From: Octopus vulgaris
Lineage: Eukaryota
Direction of reading: 5' to 3'
NCBI GenBank assembly: GCA_951406725.2
Contig: OX597833.1
Span: forward strand, 48,794,001-48,858,000
DNA: 64,000 bases
The notes beneath the pieces were generated by a model. It searched no databases. It was given only the letters and a program-made list of their open reading frames with translations, and was not told the DNA's origin. Position numbers and translations under genes: made by a program. Shown piece after piece: positions 12,888 to 27,224 of this stretch (position 1 is the first letter of the stretch; each line of letters starts with the position of its first letter).

Positions 12888-13560
12888 TATTCTGCTCAAT
12901 ACCACAGATTTGCTCATCAGTTGTTTGACTGTAACCAGTTGAGCATGTCCCTTAATGGTTGACGATATGTGCATCTCTGATCATGAGCAGAAGTAGTGGA
13001 GGAGCATCATAGCCATGTGTTGAGAGGGATTTTTTGGGGTTTGAATAATTCACCTCTGGAAACATAGGTGTTTCGTTCAACATCCTTAAACAACCCTTAT
13101 TCAGGGACCTTTTGAGGGGGATGGGTTACTCGACCAGAAGAAAATTCTAACTGGGCCCCACCTGCAAGGTCATGCGCTGTTTATCTTGATATGAGATCAC
13201 CATGTCGTGCACATATGGTTGTGATGCATGTACCTAGTGTACCCTTATCAGATGGGTAGTCATGATGGGTATACTGGGCTTCGTATATTCTACTCCAGTG
13301 TCACTTTGATGGCATGCACTGCTCTCTCACTCAATGATAATAATAATGATAATAATAATGATAATAATGATGATGATCACAATAATAATAATTACTTAAA
13401 TCTTCTGATAAATACTTTTTGTAATTTCCCATGTCAGAAATGCTGAAATGAGAAAAATAAAGTTTCACAACAATTAAAAACAATCAGTAACATTTTAATA
13501 AAATGTATAATATACAAAAAAATTTTAATTGATATAAAAAAATCTTCCTAGTGTTACCTT

Positions 13561-13802
13561 CTACGAGATATTTATTTTCAATGAATTATCTCTGAAAGTT
13601 TTATTTGGTGTGAAATTTTTGTAAAGTGTGTTTGTAGCTGATTTCAAAGGTTGAACAACTAGTTGATCGTTCACACAATGAAGAATATCAAAAGATTTTA
13701 GTAAAGCAATTGCTCCTCTGGCATCAAACTCTATTCTGGTTCCAGTTACAGAGAAAAGCCATTTTTCAATTTCTTGCTCCAGCGTTTTATTGGATTTCCC
13801 AT
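13561..13802 (-). CDS. TMEM143: TMEM143 exon 6 (last coding exon)
   Basis: Acceptor tttcag|; phase matches exon 5. Peptide DGKSNKTLEQEIEKWL....IEFDARGAIALL..; TAG stop at 13563-13561. Confidence 0.8.
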
Positions 13803-13835
13803 CTGAAAGAATCACAAGGTGAAAAATAGTTTTTC

Positions 13836-13898
<63 letters not shown>

Positions 13899-13912
13899 GA
13901 CAGAATTCATAC

Positions 13913-14114
13913 ACTACTACTACTACTACTGCTGCTGCTGCTACTACTACAACTACTGCTGCGGCTGAAGCTACTACCACCACCACCACTGCTACTACTA
14001 ATGCTGCTGAAGCTACCACCACCATCACTACTACTACTACTACTACTACTACTGCTGCTGCAGCTACTATTACTACTACAACTACCACCACCACTACTAC
14101 TGCTGCTGCTTCTC

Positions 14115-14157
<43 letters not shown>
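13913..14157. repeat. Compound trinucleotide microsatellite (TAC/CTG/CAC)n next to (TA)n
   Basis: Directly visible; it produces the spurious poly-Val ORF. Confidence 0.95.
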
Positions 14158-14900
14158 ATTATCATTAACATCTACTTTTCCATGTTCACAGGGGCTGAAC
14201 AGAATTTATTTGAGATAGATTTTCTAGAGCTAGCTGCCCTTCTTGTCACCAATCCTTATCTGTTTCCAAGGAAGGTAATTATTTCCCCCATGACCAAATA
14301 TGCATTTTGCAGAATATTAGAAATGAACGAAACTGCTAATATGACAGTGGCACTCAATTACAGCTATCATGTGATGTCAAGACAAGGAAATGCACACACA
14401 CATACACACACACATGACAGGTTTCTTTCAGTTTCCATCTTCCAAATCCACTCACAAGGTGCCATGTAGTAAGACTGAACCTGAAACCATGTGGTTGAGA
14501 AGCAACCACGTGGTTTCAAGTCACTGTTCAAATATAAGAACAAATTGTTCTCTTCAGATAGAGGAAGGCTGATTAAGTATTTGTAGCTGATGACATTACA
14601 CATCATTAGCACATTTTTTATGATCTAATGATGTTATTCACAGCTCAATATGTTCTTGCACATGTCATCTAGGAGAATAATTTTCTCTTGAGACTACTTC
14701 TGCAGTGAAAGGTCTCCCCATGTCCAAGTACATTCAGACATGTTAAATATGACTTTACACAAATAAATGTTATCCAACACTGCTTCATACAACTTTAGCC
14801 ACTTAATTCAAGCTTGACTTTTAAAATAATCAGTATGTGTTTATGCTACTTCGCTTTATGCCCCATAATTTGATAGTTCAACAAACAGAGATTGATGAAA

Positions 14901-15702
14901 TACCATAAATCCTCGAGTATAATCCGCATTTTTTTCCCAAAATTTAAAGGTCAAAATCCCTAGTGTGTACTATATACGAGGTTAAAACTGAAAATTATTT
15001 TCTAAGCAATGTCTGAGTCTCTATTTGCTGTCCAGCAATGTTTATTCAGATGCATTTTGTGATGTCGGGCGTGAAAATACCTTAAGCTAAGCCTGAAAGC
15101 AATGAAGTCATAAAAGAATCATCCATAAGCAACATTTATTAAAATAAAAGTATTCAGAACACAGAATAACCTGTAACAAAAACAATTTACAAACATATTT
15201 ACATTCCCATATAACAGTTAAGAACATCACCATTAGTGTATTACGCATGCGCGGAAGTGTTTGTTTGACTAGGTGCTGCTGGCTTAATTACGCACGACTC
15301 AAGTTAGAGAAGGGGTGCGTGCCAGTGGTACTTAAGAGAACCATCCGAATGTGGCCATTGCCAGCGCCGCCCCGACTGGCCTCGTGCCAGTGGCATGTAA
15401 AAAGCACCATCCGATCATGGCTGTTGCCAGCCTCGCCTGGCCCCCATGCTGGTGGCACGTAAAAAGCACCCATTACACTCACAGAGTGGTTGGCATTAGG
15501 AAGGGCATCCAGCCGTAGAAACATTGCCAGATCAGACTGGGCCTGGTGCAGCCTTCTGGCTTCCCAGACCCCAGTTGAACCGTCCAACCCATGCTAGCAT
15601 GGAAAGCGGATGCTAAACGATGATGATGATGATGATGACAGCCCCCTAAAAATCTCCTGCGTATTATACTCAAGGGCGGACTATACTCGAGGATTTACGG
15701 TA
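14901..15702. mobile_element. Non-autonomous TIR DNA element with a nested SINE
   Basis: TIRs taccataaatcctcgagtata / tatactcgaggatttacggta. Confidence 0.75.
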
Positions 15703-15835
15703 GATATGAGACTCAAAAAGAAAACTAAGCTTGACATGTTCAACAAAAAAGCCTTGAAGGCAAGTGCTCCAGCATGACCACAGTTTAACAACTCAATCCA
15801 GTAAAAAGAGCAAAGAGTAAAACAAATATTCTTAC

Positions 15836-16436
15836 CCAATTCCAAACTGGATGTTTCTTTTCTCTGTTTAGCATGGAGAAATGTGTAGATCAGCATTGCT
15901 TCCTTGAAACTCTCGTCTTCAGCTCTGTCAACCAGAAGCGTCAGCAGACTGCGATTATTGGCCAAGTTCTTATAATAGAGCATTTGCGACAATTTGACCA
16001 GATAAGAATTTTTCCTGTTTTTGTACACCGTCCATATTCTTATGGCTATCAAAGACAATATCAAAGCAGTCACAAACGACCACTGAAAGTTCAACTCCAC
16101 TAACGTGGTGAGGGTTTTGGCAACTACGCCAGTGATAGCAATACTGATCGAAGCAGTGATAATGCCTTTATCTAAATGATTCAACTTGATTCTGCAATCA
16201 GGGAGCAGCATTTCAAGGGCATCTGTTGGCATATCTTTAAAGCCTTTTAATACAAGTTTGGTTTCTCCTTTCCGACGTAACGCCACAATCAATCTCCTGT
16301 AGTAGTCGGGATGCGGAATGGAAGACTTAGGAAATATTTCCCACATTCTGTTGTACCAATTCTTTTTCGGTACCACAGTGTTTAGGCCAAGCGCCCAAAA
16401 ATGTAATATTTCATACTTACGAGGATCAACTTGAAT
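15836..16436 (-). CDS. TMEM143: TMEM143 exon 5 (core domain and two hydrophobic segments)
   Basis: tag|ATT..G|gtaag, 601 nt. Peptide IQVDPRKYEILHFWALG..LVLKGFKDMP.DALEMLLPD..LYYKNLANNRSLL.LLVDRAEDESFKEA fits TMEM143/DUF3754 from recall. Confidence 0.9.
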
Positions 16437-16606
16437 CTATAACAGAAGAGAAAGAAATGAAAAAAAAACTGTAAGTGACTTTAAAATAAAATGTCAATAT
16501 TGCTATGAAGCTACAAATGTCACTTATATAGAAATTCAGGAATAAAAAACAAGCCAATGAAGGAGGATTTTATGTGGCTGCTTGACATGGTAGAAAATAC
16601 AGTCAA

Positions 16607-17978
16607 GGCGGCGAGCTAGCAGAAACATTAGCACGCCAGGTGAAATGCTTAGTGGTATTTCATCTGCTGTTATGTTCTGAGTTCAAATTCCGCCAAGGTC
16701 GACTTTGCCTTTCATCCTTTTGGGGTCGATAAATTAAGTACCAGTTACGCACTGAGGTCGATGTAATCGACTTAATACCTATGTCTGTCCTTGTTTGTCC
16801 CCTCTGTGTTTAGCCCCTTGTGGGTAATAAAGAAATAGGTATTTTGTCTGCTGTTATGTTCTGAGTTCAAATTCCACCAAGGTTGACTTTGCCTTTCATC
16901 CTTTCAGGGTCGATAAATTAAGTACCAGTTACGCACTGAGGTCGATGTAATCGACTTAATCCCTTTGTCTGTCCTTGTTTGTCCCCTCTATGTTTAGGCC
17001 CTTGTGGACAACAAAGAAATAAAAATGCTTAGCGGTATTTCGTCTGCTGCTATGTTCTGAGTTCAAATTCCGCCAAGGTCGACTTTGCCTTTCATCCTTT
17101 TGGGGTCGATAAATTAAGTACCAGTTACGCACTGAGGTCGATGTAATCGACTTAATACCTATGTCTGTCCTTGTTTGTCCCCTCTGTGTTTAGCCCCTTG
17201 TGGGTAATAAAGAAATAGGTATTTTGTCTGCTGTTATGTTCTGAGTTCAAATTCCACCAAGGTTGACTTTGCCTTTCATCCTTTCAGGGTCGATAAATTA
17301 AGTACCAGTTACGCACTGAGGTCGATGTAATCGACTTAATCCCTTTGTCTGTCCTTGTTTGTCCCCTCTATGTTTAGGCCCTTGTGGACAACAAAGAAAT
17401 AAAAATGCTTAGCGGTATTTCGTCTGCTGCTATGTTCTGAGTTCAAATTCCGCCAAGGTCGACTTTGCCTTTCATCCTTTTGGGGTCGATAAATTAAGTA
17501 CCAGTTACGCACTGAGGTCGATGTAATCGACTTAATACCTATGTCTGTCCTTGTTTGTCCCCTCTGTGTTTAGCCCCTTGTGGGTAATAAAGAAATAGGT
17601 ATTTTGTCTGCTGTTATGTTCTGAGTTCAAATTCCACCGAGGTCGACTTTGCCTTTCATCCTTTCGGGGTCCATAAATTAAGTACCAGTTACAAACTGGA
17701 GTCGATGTAATTGACTAAATCCCTTTGTCTGTCCTTGTTTGACCCCTCTATGTTTAGCCCCTTGTGGGCAATAAAAAAATAAAATGCTTAGCGGTATTTT
17801 GTCTGCTGCTATGTTCTGAGTTTAAATTCCGCCGAGGTCAACTTTGCCTTTCATCCTTTCGGGGTCGATAAATTAAGTACCAGTTACGCACTGGAGTTGA
17901 TGTAATCGACTTAATCCCTTTGTCTGTCCTTGTTTGTCCCCTCTGTGTTTAGCCCCTTGTGGGCAATAAAGAAATAAA
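16607..17978 (+). mobile_element. Multimeric SINE: one head plus seven tandem body units inside a single TSD
   Basis: TSD aaaatacagtcaa at 16594-16606 and 17979-17991. Unit spacing alternates about 184 and 196 bp. Confidence 0.85.
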
Positions 17979-19457
17979 AAAATACAGTCAAATTTCCTCA
18001 AATTACAGCCTACCTTCTTAGAAAAAGAAGGACACATCGGACTCTGCAGTTCACTGCCTGAAAAAATTAGGTGGACATGGCTGGAATGCTTTTAATCATA
18101 GGTCTATTCAGAGATGACCTGGGCTAAATAATAACAACAACAATCAACAAACATAAAATCAAGAATTATTTCTGTGCAGCAATTTAATATCAGAGCAAAA
18201 AAATGTAATTATACAATAACTAGAAATATGAAGTAAAATCTTAATTGGATAAACAATGTTTTATCTTTTTGTACTTCCATATATGGAAAACACTTAAGTA
18301 TGGACAGCAATGAAATGAAACATTTACTCCTCCTCCTCCTTCACCCTCCTCCTCCTCCTCCTCCTCTTCTTCTTTCTCCTCCTCCCCTCCCCCTTCCTCC
18401 TCCTCCTCCTCTTCTTTCTCCTCCACATCATTGTTTTAACATCAGTTTTTTCCCCATGCTTCCATGCTCTTTTTCTAAAAACAAAAAAACTACCTTGAAA
18501 ATTACCATGCTTTTTCAATGATGCTAGTTGAGAAGTTGGCGCTGTGGGTTTTTTTAGGATTAACGGATCTTTTCGGTTTGAATGGCAGTTTTTTCTAGCG
18601 GTGTCATATGAAATTGTCACCCATAATTATGACCCTAGTATCGATCTATTGCATTTCAATCTGTTTTAGGATTAGGGTTAGGGGTAGGGGGAAGGGTATC
18701 TTTTTTTTCTTCACAAATGTAAATAAACCCAATCTGTTTCTTAAACAAGGGACATATTCATACGACACAGAATGTTTTTTTTACCTCAATGGACGTCATT
18801 GATTGGTTGAAATTGCAGAAATTGAAGAAAAAAAACAACAAATATCTTACAAACCATAGAATTTTCTCAATAAAGCCAAGAGAAAATGATGTTTTATAAA
18901 CACATTCTACCAGTATACGAAGTTTAAAATTTTTTAGGTACCTAGAAATTATGTTAAAAACTGCCATTCAAACCGAACAGATCCATGTTAACTGAAACAA
19001 GCTCTTTACAAAGGTTGTAATTTCATTACTTGGCAGCTGCAAGTATTTTCTATATCATAAACCATTGGATTTCACTAATATTGTTGATATATATTCAATT
19101 ACAATTACTCAGTAAATAAAAATAGATTTTAAAATTCTGCTGCAGCTACACTGCCCTTGCTGCAATGAGGTTTGTTTACTCATGGCTGTGGTGCAGTAGT
19201 GCCATCTAGTGAGAAATTGTGAAAAGTAGGCTTACTCTTTTTTTTTTTTACTCTTTTACTTGTTTCAGTCATTTGACTGTGGCCATGCTGGAGCACTGCC
19301 TTTAGTTGAGCAAATCAACTCCAGAACTTATTCTTTGTAAGCCTAGTACTTATTCTATCGGTCTTTTTTGCCGAACTGTTAAGTTACAGGGAGGTAAACA
19401 CACCAGCATCGGTTGTCAAGTGATGTTGGGGAGACAAACACAGACACACAAACATAT

Positions 19458-19523
<66 letters not shown>

Positions 19524-19788
19524 GATGTGCTTCTTTCAGTTTCTGTCTACCAAATCCACTCACAAGGCTTTGGTCGGCCCAAGACTATAGTAGAAGACAC
19601 TTGCTCAAGGAGCCACGCAGTGGAACTGAATCTGGAACCATGTGGTTGGTAAGCAAGCTACTTACCACACAGCCACTCCTATACTTCTCAACTCAATGAA
19701 CAAGAATTTTTTTTTGTCACACGTGAATGTCTAGAACATTCACTGGTGTCAAGCCAATTTTAATCTTACAAATTATCTCCCTGTATCT

Positions 19789-20660
19789 ATGGCAGGAGCA
19801 TCAAGAAGACAAATATAATATTGTATTTAAATTTGGAGAAGTGCAATAAGCCGAAGAACAAGGAAACAGAGCAGCAGAAAAAAACCTCAGACTACCAACT
19901 ACTGAAAAGTTGATTAAACCAGTGGAGGAAACAGGAGGAAGAATTCTTTAAAAAATGAATAAACAGAAGTATAGTTGCTGTACAGTACCAGCAAAAACGG
20001 CCATTCTACTCTTTACTCTTTTACTCTTTTACTTGTTTCAGTCATTTGACTGCGGCCATGTTGGAGCACCACCTTTAGTCGAGCAAATCGACCCCGGGAC
20101 TTATTCTTTGTAAGCCCAGTACTTATTCTATCGGTCTCTTTTGCCAAATCGCTAAGTTACGGGGACATAAACACACCAGCATTGGTTGTCAAGCAATGCT
20201 AGGGGGACAAACACAGACACACAAACACATACACACACATATATATATATATATACATATATACGACAGGCTTCTTTCAGTTTCCGTCTACCAAATCCAC
20301 TCACAAGGCATTGGTCGGCTCGGGGCTATAGCAGAAGACACTTGCCCAAGGTGCCACGCAGTGGGACTGAACCCGGAACCATGTGGTTGGTTAGCAAGCT
20401 ACTTACCACACGGCCACTCCTGCACCTAAGAAGAAAACTTTAAACAATGGATATTAGGTCAAAGAAACGAAATATGTGAAGATTATGAAGGGATCTTTTT
20501 GGAAGCCAAAAGGTTAGCAAACACAGTAGTCAATGATTTCAAAGGGACTGCTTGTTGGTGTTTTCATTTCATGAAATGAAATGGCTTAAGTTTTTGAACA
20601 AGAACAAAGTTACTCAGAAAATGCCTGCAGATAAGGAAGAGAAAAGAGCAAATATTAGTT
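19789..20660 (+). pseudogene. Decayed pogo-type transposase N-terminus (BrkDBD and CENP-B HTH-like), split by a SINE
   Basis: Frame-shifted fragments AEEQGNRAAEK..EKLIK.WRKQEE (about 19850-19945) and DFKGTACWCFHFMK*NGLS..RT...QKMPADKEEK (about 20535-20645). Confidence 0.5.
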
Positions 20661-22845
20661 TTCTATGGATTTATTTTTAAGGACAGACACACAAACACAT
20701 ACACACACACACACACACATATATATATACGACAGGCTTCTTTCAGTTTCCGTCTACCAAATCCACTCACAAGGCATTGGTCAACCCAAGGCTATAGCAG
20801 AAGACACTTGCCCAACATGCCACACAGTGGGACTGAACCTGGAACCATGTGGTTGGTTAGCAAGCTACTTACCACACAGCCACTCCTACGCCTATGTATT
20901 TAATATATTTACTTCCCAACTGCATGGCCTATTTACAAACGTAAATGAACATCAACAAAACTGTATTTCAATTGATATTAATGTCACTTACGCAGTAAAC
21001 TTTATCACTAATTAAGTTGCCATCAGGAATGATGTAATTATATATGTCAGAACAGTAATGAAAAAGAAACATTAAATCATTGATAGAAATATAACCATCT
21101 ATATATTTCTATACTACCCACAAGGGGCTAAACACGGAGGGGACAAACAAGGACAGACAAAGGGATTAAGTCGATTACAATGACCCTAGTGCATAACTGG
21201 TACTTAATTTATTGACCCCGAAAGGATGAAAGGCAAAGTCGACCTCGGCAGAATTTGAACTCAGAATGTAAAAACAAATGAAATACCTATTTCTTTACTA
21301 CCCACAAGGGGCTAAACACAGAGAGGATAAACAAGGACAGACACACGGATTAAGTCGATTACATCGACCCCAGTGCGTAACTGGTGCTTAATTTATCGAC
21401 CCTGAAAGGATGAAAGGCAAAGTCGACCTCGGCAGAATTTGAACTCAGAACATAGCGGCAGACGAAATACGGCTAAGCATTTCACCCGGCGTGCTAACGT
21501 TTATGCCAACTCACCGCCCCTTCTTGTTTCTGTCACTTCTAACAGCACAAACACATGCCTCCTAGTAAAATGATACTACTCTTCATTTTTCTATTAACCT
21601 TCTGCAAACTGGCATCATCTGTATGTGACATGCCAGCCTTATACAGCTTGCACAAACAGAGATCTTGACAATATTTATGATAGCAACCTTCCCTCCTTAA
21701 ACATCAACAACGTAATTGTTACTTGTAGTAACGAGACATCATTAGCATCGTTTTAGATGGGTAAGGTGGAAGTTACTGAGGTGGATTTTCTACAGCTGGA
21801 TGCTCTTTCTGTTGCCAACCCTTATCAGTTTCCGAGCAAGTTTTGTAGAATATTGGAAATTTTGGAATATTTGGAATATTTTGGAAATTTTGAAATATTT
21901 GGAAATTTTGGAAATATTGGAATATTTTGTAGAATATTGGAAATGATGTTCATTTACAACAGTTACATAATGTCAAGACAAAAAGCCACAAATATACTTA
22001 TACACACACACATACACACACACATACACACACACATTAATGACCTGCAGTATTTTGTTAAGCAACCATAATATACTATAAAGTATATTAAACATTTTAT
22101 AAGTCATACCATGTTCTACTGTGTTAACAGTGGGCTTTACATCACATATTAAGGTTATTTCTACAGATATCAGAGCTGGCTATAATTTCTATAGAATATC
22201 TGTAGAGATAACCTTAACAAGCGATATATATATATATATATCACGTGATCATTTAACCGACCAGACCATCAGATGTTGCAACACATCGCTGGTCACAATC
22301 GTTTCACATTGTTTTAGCCTTCAAAGATGCTACCCCGCTGGCTAAGCGAGCAGGCCAACAGAAGAAAGAGTGAGAGAAAGTTGTGGTGAAAGAGTACAGC
22401 AGGGATCACTCCCCCCACCCCTGCTGGAGCCTCGTGGAGCTTTTAGGTGTTTTTGCTCAATAAACACTCACAACGCCCGGTCTGGGAATCGAAACAGCAA
22501 TCCTATGATCTCGATTCCACTGCCCTAACCACTGGGCCATTGCACCTCCATATATATGAACATATGTATATATACATATATATATATAAATATAAATGTG
22601 TATATATATATATATATATGTATACATATACATACATATACATATAAATGGGTATATATATATATGTATACATATACATACATACATATACATATAAATG
22701 GGTATATATATATATGTATACATATACATACATACATACATATACATACATACATATATATACATACATATACATACATACATATACATACATATACATA
22801 CATACATATACATACATATACATACATACATATACATACATACAT

Positions 22846-22876
<31 letters not shown>

Positions 22877-24043
22877 AACACACACATACACACACACACA
22901 CACACATGTGATGAACTTTGTTAAGTGTCTGTCAACCAATTCTACTCATAAAGTATTAGTTGCATTGGAACTGTAACAGAAATGTAGAAAGCAGTTACCC
23001 ATAATAACCACACAGCCATGACTGCATCCATGCAGTTTTATACATTTCACCTACACATAAACGACACACAAATAAAACCTTCAAGTTGGCAACAAATACT
23101 CACATAATACAAGATTGGAGAAAGCTACATCTCAAAGATGAAGTTTTCTTTCCCAGATTTAGAAACGTTTCAACTCTGATCGATTTGTGATCCCCCATAA
23201 ATATTTCTTTACTACCCACAAGGGGCTAAACACAGAGGGGACAAACAAGGACAGACAAACGGATTAAATCGATTACATCGACCCCAGTGCGTAACTGGTA
23301 CTTAATTTATCGACCCCGAAAGGATGAAAGGCAAAGTCGACCCCGGCGGAATTTGAACCCAGAATGTAACAGCAGACGAAATACGGCTACGCATTTCGCC
23401 CGGCATGCTAACGTTTCTGCCAGCTCGCCCATAAAGTGCAAACCAACATTAAGTACTGCTCATATATCTGGCACAATGCTTTGCTTACGCCGCCTCCTCC
23501 ACACACACATTGACACAAAGATCCAAGATCACGTCTTTAAATCCACACAGCTAATTGACAAAGACTTGCTCACCAACATGCGACAGCCCCTGGCTTACTG
23601 ACGCGCAGCTGCTTCTCTTTAGCTCTTCTATTGCTATGAGAACATCCTCTGTCCTGCTGAATAAACTGTCTCATCTTCTAGATTTATAATTCTCTCATTG
23701 TAAATGTTTTTCCTGCAGGCATCAACCAAGAAAAATTCAAAATGAGCATCACAGACATCAATCTCACCAATCAGAAAAGTCTTACGAAGGTCATGAACAG
23801 AGACACAAATCACTGTATTTATTCGTGTATAATGTGCAGATTTTAAAATCTAAATATTAGAGATGTGTATTATACATGAGAACTAAATGTTATTCCTTCT
23901 TCTCCAACACACATTTTTATAGATGGGGGAAGAAGCACGGAGAGTGTGATAGCTAGAATAAAAATAGGATGGAGGAAATTCAGAGAGCTGTTATGCTATA
24001 ATTATTATACCCATTATTATAGGTGAACTATCACTATCTATGT

Positions 24044-24553
24044 CAGTGGTTTTCAACCAGGGTTCCACAGAACCTTAGGGTTCCGCCAGTACAGTCCAGG
24101 GGTTCCGCAAGAAGTTACAAAACTGCTAAAATTGGCAGTAATATTTAATTCTCCTGTGCAGATATGTGTGCATCATCATCATCATCATCATTTAGCGTCC
24201 GTTTTCCATGCTAGCATGGGTTGGACGGTTCAACTGGGGTCTGTGAAGCCAGAAGGCTGCATCAGGCCCAGTCTGATCTGGCAGTGTTTCTACGGCTGGA
24301 TGCCCTTCCTAACGCTAACCACTCCGCGAGTGTAGTGGGTGCTTTTTACGTGCCACCCGCACAGGTGCCAGACGGAGCTGGCAAACGGCCACGAACGGAT
24401 GGTGTTTTTATGTGCCACTGGCACGGGGGCCAGGTGAGGCTGGCAACGGACACGAACGGATGGTGCTTTTATGTGCCACCGGCACGGGGGTTCCTCAAGC
24501 CAGTGGAATGTTTCCTTGGGGTTCCGCTCCAGCAAAAAGTTTGAAAAGCACTG
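24044..24553. mobile_element. hAT MITE with a nested SINE
   Basis: TIRs cagtggttttcaacc / tttgaaaagcactg; 8-bp TSD atctatgt at 24036-24043 and 24554-24561. Confidence 0.85.
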
Positions 24554-24682
24554 ATCTATGTTATAATGGAAAGTGCTTGATAATCTAGGTATTTAAACAA
24601 AGGTATCATATTGTTTACATTCTGCATTATGACTTATTTCTTTCCATACTAGTTGACTATTCACAACTGATTTTACACTACA

Positions 24683-25032
24683 CTAGCACGCTGGGTCATA
24701 GTGATAGTGCATGCATATACAGCTGTGTGCGTGCACACATACACGCAAGTACTGTCCAAATCTCCGACAAATCACATACAGCTAGCTGGCATTCAATTGG
24801 CGTATCAAAGTTCGGGCATTTTGATTGGGCTTTGGATAGAAAATTCCCCAAAAAGTCACTTCTATTGATTTTTTAATAGCTTTGCAGGGTGACTGGGGAA
24901 ATGTAAAGATGTGCACGACCACCTTTGGACGGTTTTGAATGACCATAGAAAGTGCGAGCCCTCAAACTGAAAAATTGTGGATTTGTATAAAGGACACACA
25001 TGCAGACATTTTGCCATTTATATATATAGAGA
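24683..25032 (-). mobile_element. Non-autonomous Helitron-like element
   Basis: On the minus strand it starts a|TCTCTATATATA and ends CTAG|t, like the other Helitron-like copies in the window. Confidence 0.5.
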
Positions 25033-25289
25033 TATTTTTTACAGCCTACACCTAAAAATATCGAATTTCCTTATTGTTTTTAGGATAAAGTTTTATAATA
25101 TAATTTTGATAAACCTAACCAAAACTTTCCTTTTTCTATACATTATAACACTAAAGAGTTAACGTGTATAATACGTGAGATTTTTATTCTGAGATTTTAT
25201 GGGACATAATTAATGGTGCACATTATATACGAATAAATGTAGATTACATACGAATAAATATGGTAATTGTAAAAACAAGTAAGCCCATA

Positions 25290-26100
25290 CGAAATGAGCA
25301 TAGGGAATATAAACCAGGTAAGCACACACAAGTTAACCAGAGGGAATAAAGGCAGGTAAGCACACACAAAATAACTACAATGACCAGAGGGGATAAAATA
25401 GGATAATCACACACAAGATGACCAGAATGACCAAAGGACTGAAAATAGGGAAGAAGAATAAAATTGGTAAGCACACACAAGATGACTAGGATGACCAGGG
25501 GACACACACAAGGTCACCAGAATGACCAGAAGGAATAAAAGCCAGTAAGCACACACAAGGTCGCCAGTTGGGTTAAGAACAGGTAAGCACACATAAAAGG
25601 ACCAGATTGACCATAGGGAATAAAGCATGTAAGCACACACAAGATGGCCAGAATGATCAGAGGGGGACAAAATAGGTAAGGAACCACAGGTTGAACAGAA
25701 TGACTACAGGGAATAAAATAGGTAAGGACACCCAAGATGACCAGAATGATCAGAGGGAATAAAATAGGTAAGGAACTACAAGGTGAACATAATGACAAGA
25801 GGGAATAAAATAAGCAAGGACATCCAAGATGACCGGAATGATCAAAATCAATATAATAGGTAAGGATCCACAAAGTGACCGGAATGATCTGAGGAGAATA
25901 AAAAAAAAAGGTAAGGACCCACAAAGTGATGAGAATGGCTAAAAAGGATAAAAGCAGGTGTAAGTACGCACAAAAGGGCCAGAATGACCAGAGGGAATAT
26001 ATTAAGGACACACAAAATGACCAGACTGACCAAGGAGAATAAAAGCAGGTAAGCATATACAAGATGACCAAGGAGAATAAAATCATGTAAAAGCACAAAA
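25290..26100. repeat. Degenerate ~40-45-bp minisatellite
   Basis: Recurrent gtaagcacacacaagatgaccagaatgaccagagggaataaaatag-like units. Confidence 0.85.
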
Positions 26101-26290
26101 TATAAGCAGAAGAAATATTAGCTGAAAAGCTTTTTAAAAGATTATGATGACAGAAATATCTTAATTAACATTTTCGATAAATATTACAAATTATCATATT
26201 ATTATATTAATTATAATCTAGACATTTTAGAAGTTTTATATTAAGGATCTCAATAACAGAAAGCATAGAAATACAATTAGCCTTATTTAC

Positions 26291-26485
26291 CCTTAATCCT
26301 CCTTTAATTGGACTTTCCATTAGGGATTTTTCCACCAATTTATCTGAAAGTTTGTGGAAGTTAGCTTTCTTCAGGAGGGTGTCCAAATGTTGAATAACTA
26401 GTTCTTCTTTGTCAATTCTTTCTTCCTCACTTAAATTCCTTGTTTGAATTGTGTCTTTATCGGGATTAATAGGATCAAAAAGTCT
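26291..26485 (-). CDS. TMEM143: TMEM143 exon 4
   Basis: ttgcag|AGA..AGG|gtaaat, 195 nt. RLFDPINPDKDT...LLKKANF matches the conserved L(Y/F)DPINPD motif. Confidence 0.9.
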
Positions 26486-26954
26486 CTGCAACAAATAAAA
26501 CAAAGATATTAAAAGCAAAGTATATTTTAATAAAGTTAATTGCTAAAAGTTGAAGAGACAAAAAGTTGACAACATAAGAAGGAATAAGTTCAGTAAAGGT
26601 TTAACCCAATAACACCAAAAACCATCAATATTTATAAATCTTGTTGTATTTAGGAATGGTCATTTTGCCAGTTTAGCCAATAAAAACACATGCACTATAT
26701 ATTTGGTGTTAATTTGCTTCAGCTTTCTAAACTTGTCAGGGTAAAATTTATCATGGAACATTAGGAAGTTTATATAAAAAGCACAACAGTAACTGACTCA
26801 CTGTAGTACGCATTTAGTTTGGCACCAAAGTTTGAAATAAGCACTTGTGTACAGCTCTTCAACCACACAAGTCAAATATATCATATATATATGAATGTGC
26901 ATGTATATATAATGTATATAAAAATATACACATGCTTATATATGCATACATATG

Positions 26955-27057
<103 letters not shown>

Positions 27058-27182
27058 CTATATTGTTGTATCTAGTAATGGTCATTTTGCCAGTTTAGCC
27101 AATAAAAACACATGCACTATATATTTGGTGTTAATTTGCTTCAGCTTTATTTATTTTTTACATTAATCTTAATCTTATTTCT

Positions 27183-27224
27183 ACCAGAGTTCTTTCATCA
27201 CACTCCTGTGACCTCATCAGTGGT
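27183..27224 (-). ncRNA. Candidate hammerhead ribozyme (canonical core, short stem III)
   Basis: Minus strand reads acca CTGATGA G GTCAC aggagt GTGAT GAAA gaac TC tggt. Confidence 0.7.

Noticed and set aside
18666-18692. TTAGGG-like telomeric repeats
   Set aside because: Only two or three degenerate units, internal to a MITE family.
22457-22939. Long ORFs of YIYI/MYVC repeats (also near 2375, 3296, 26819, 42452 and 55852)
   Set aside because: They are translations of (TA)n, (TACA)n and (TG)n microsatellites, not genes.
25290-26100. Repeated ag|gtaag donor-like motifs in the minisatellite
   Set aside because: They are on the strand opposite TMEM143 and are simply part of the repeat unit.
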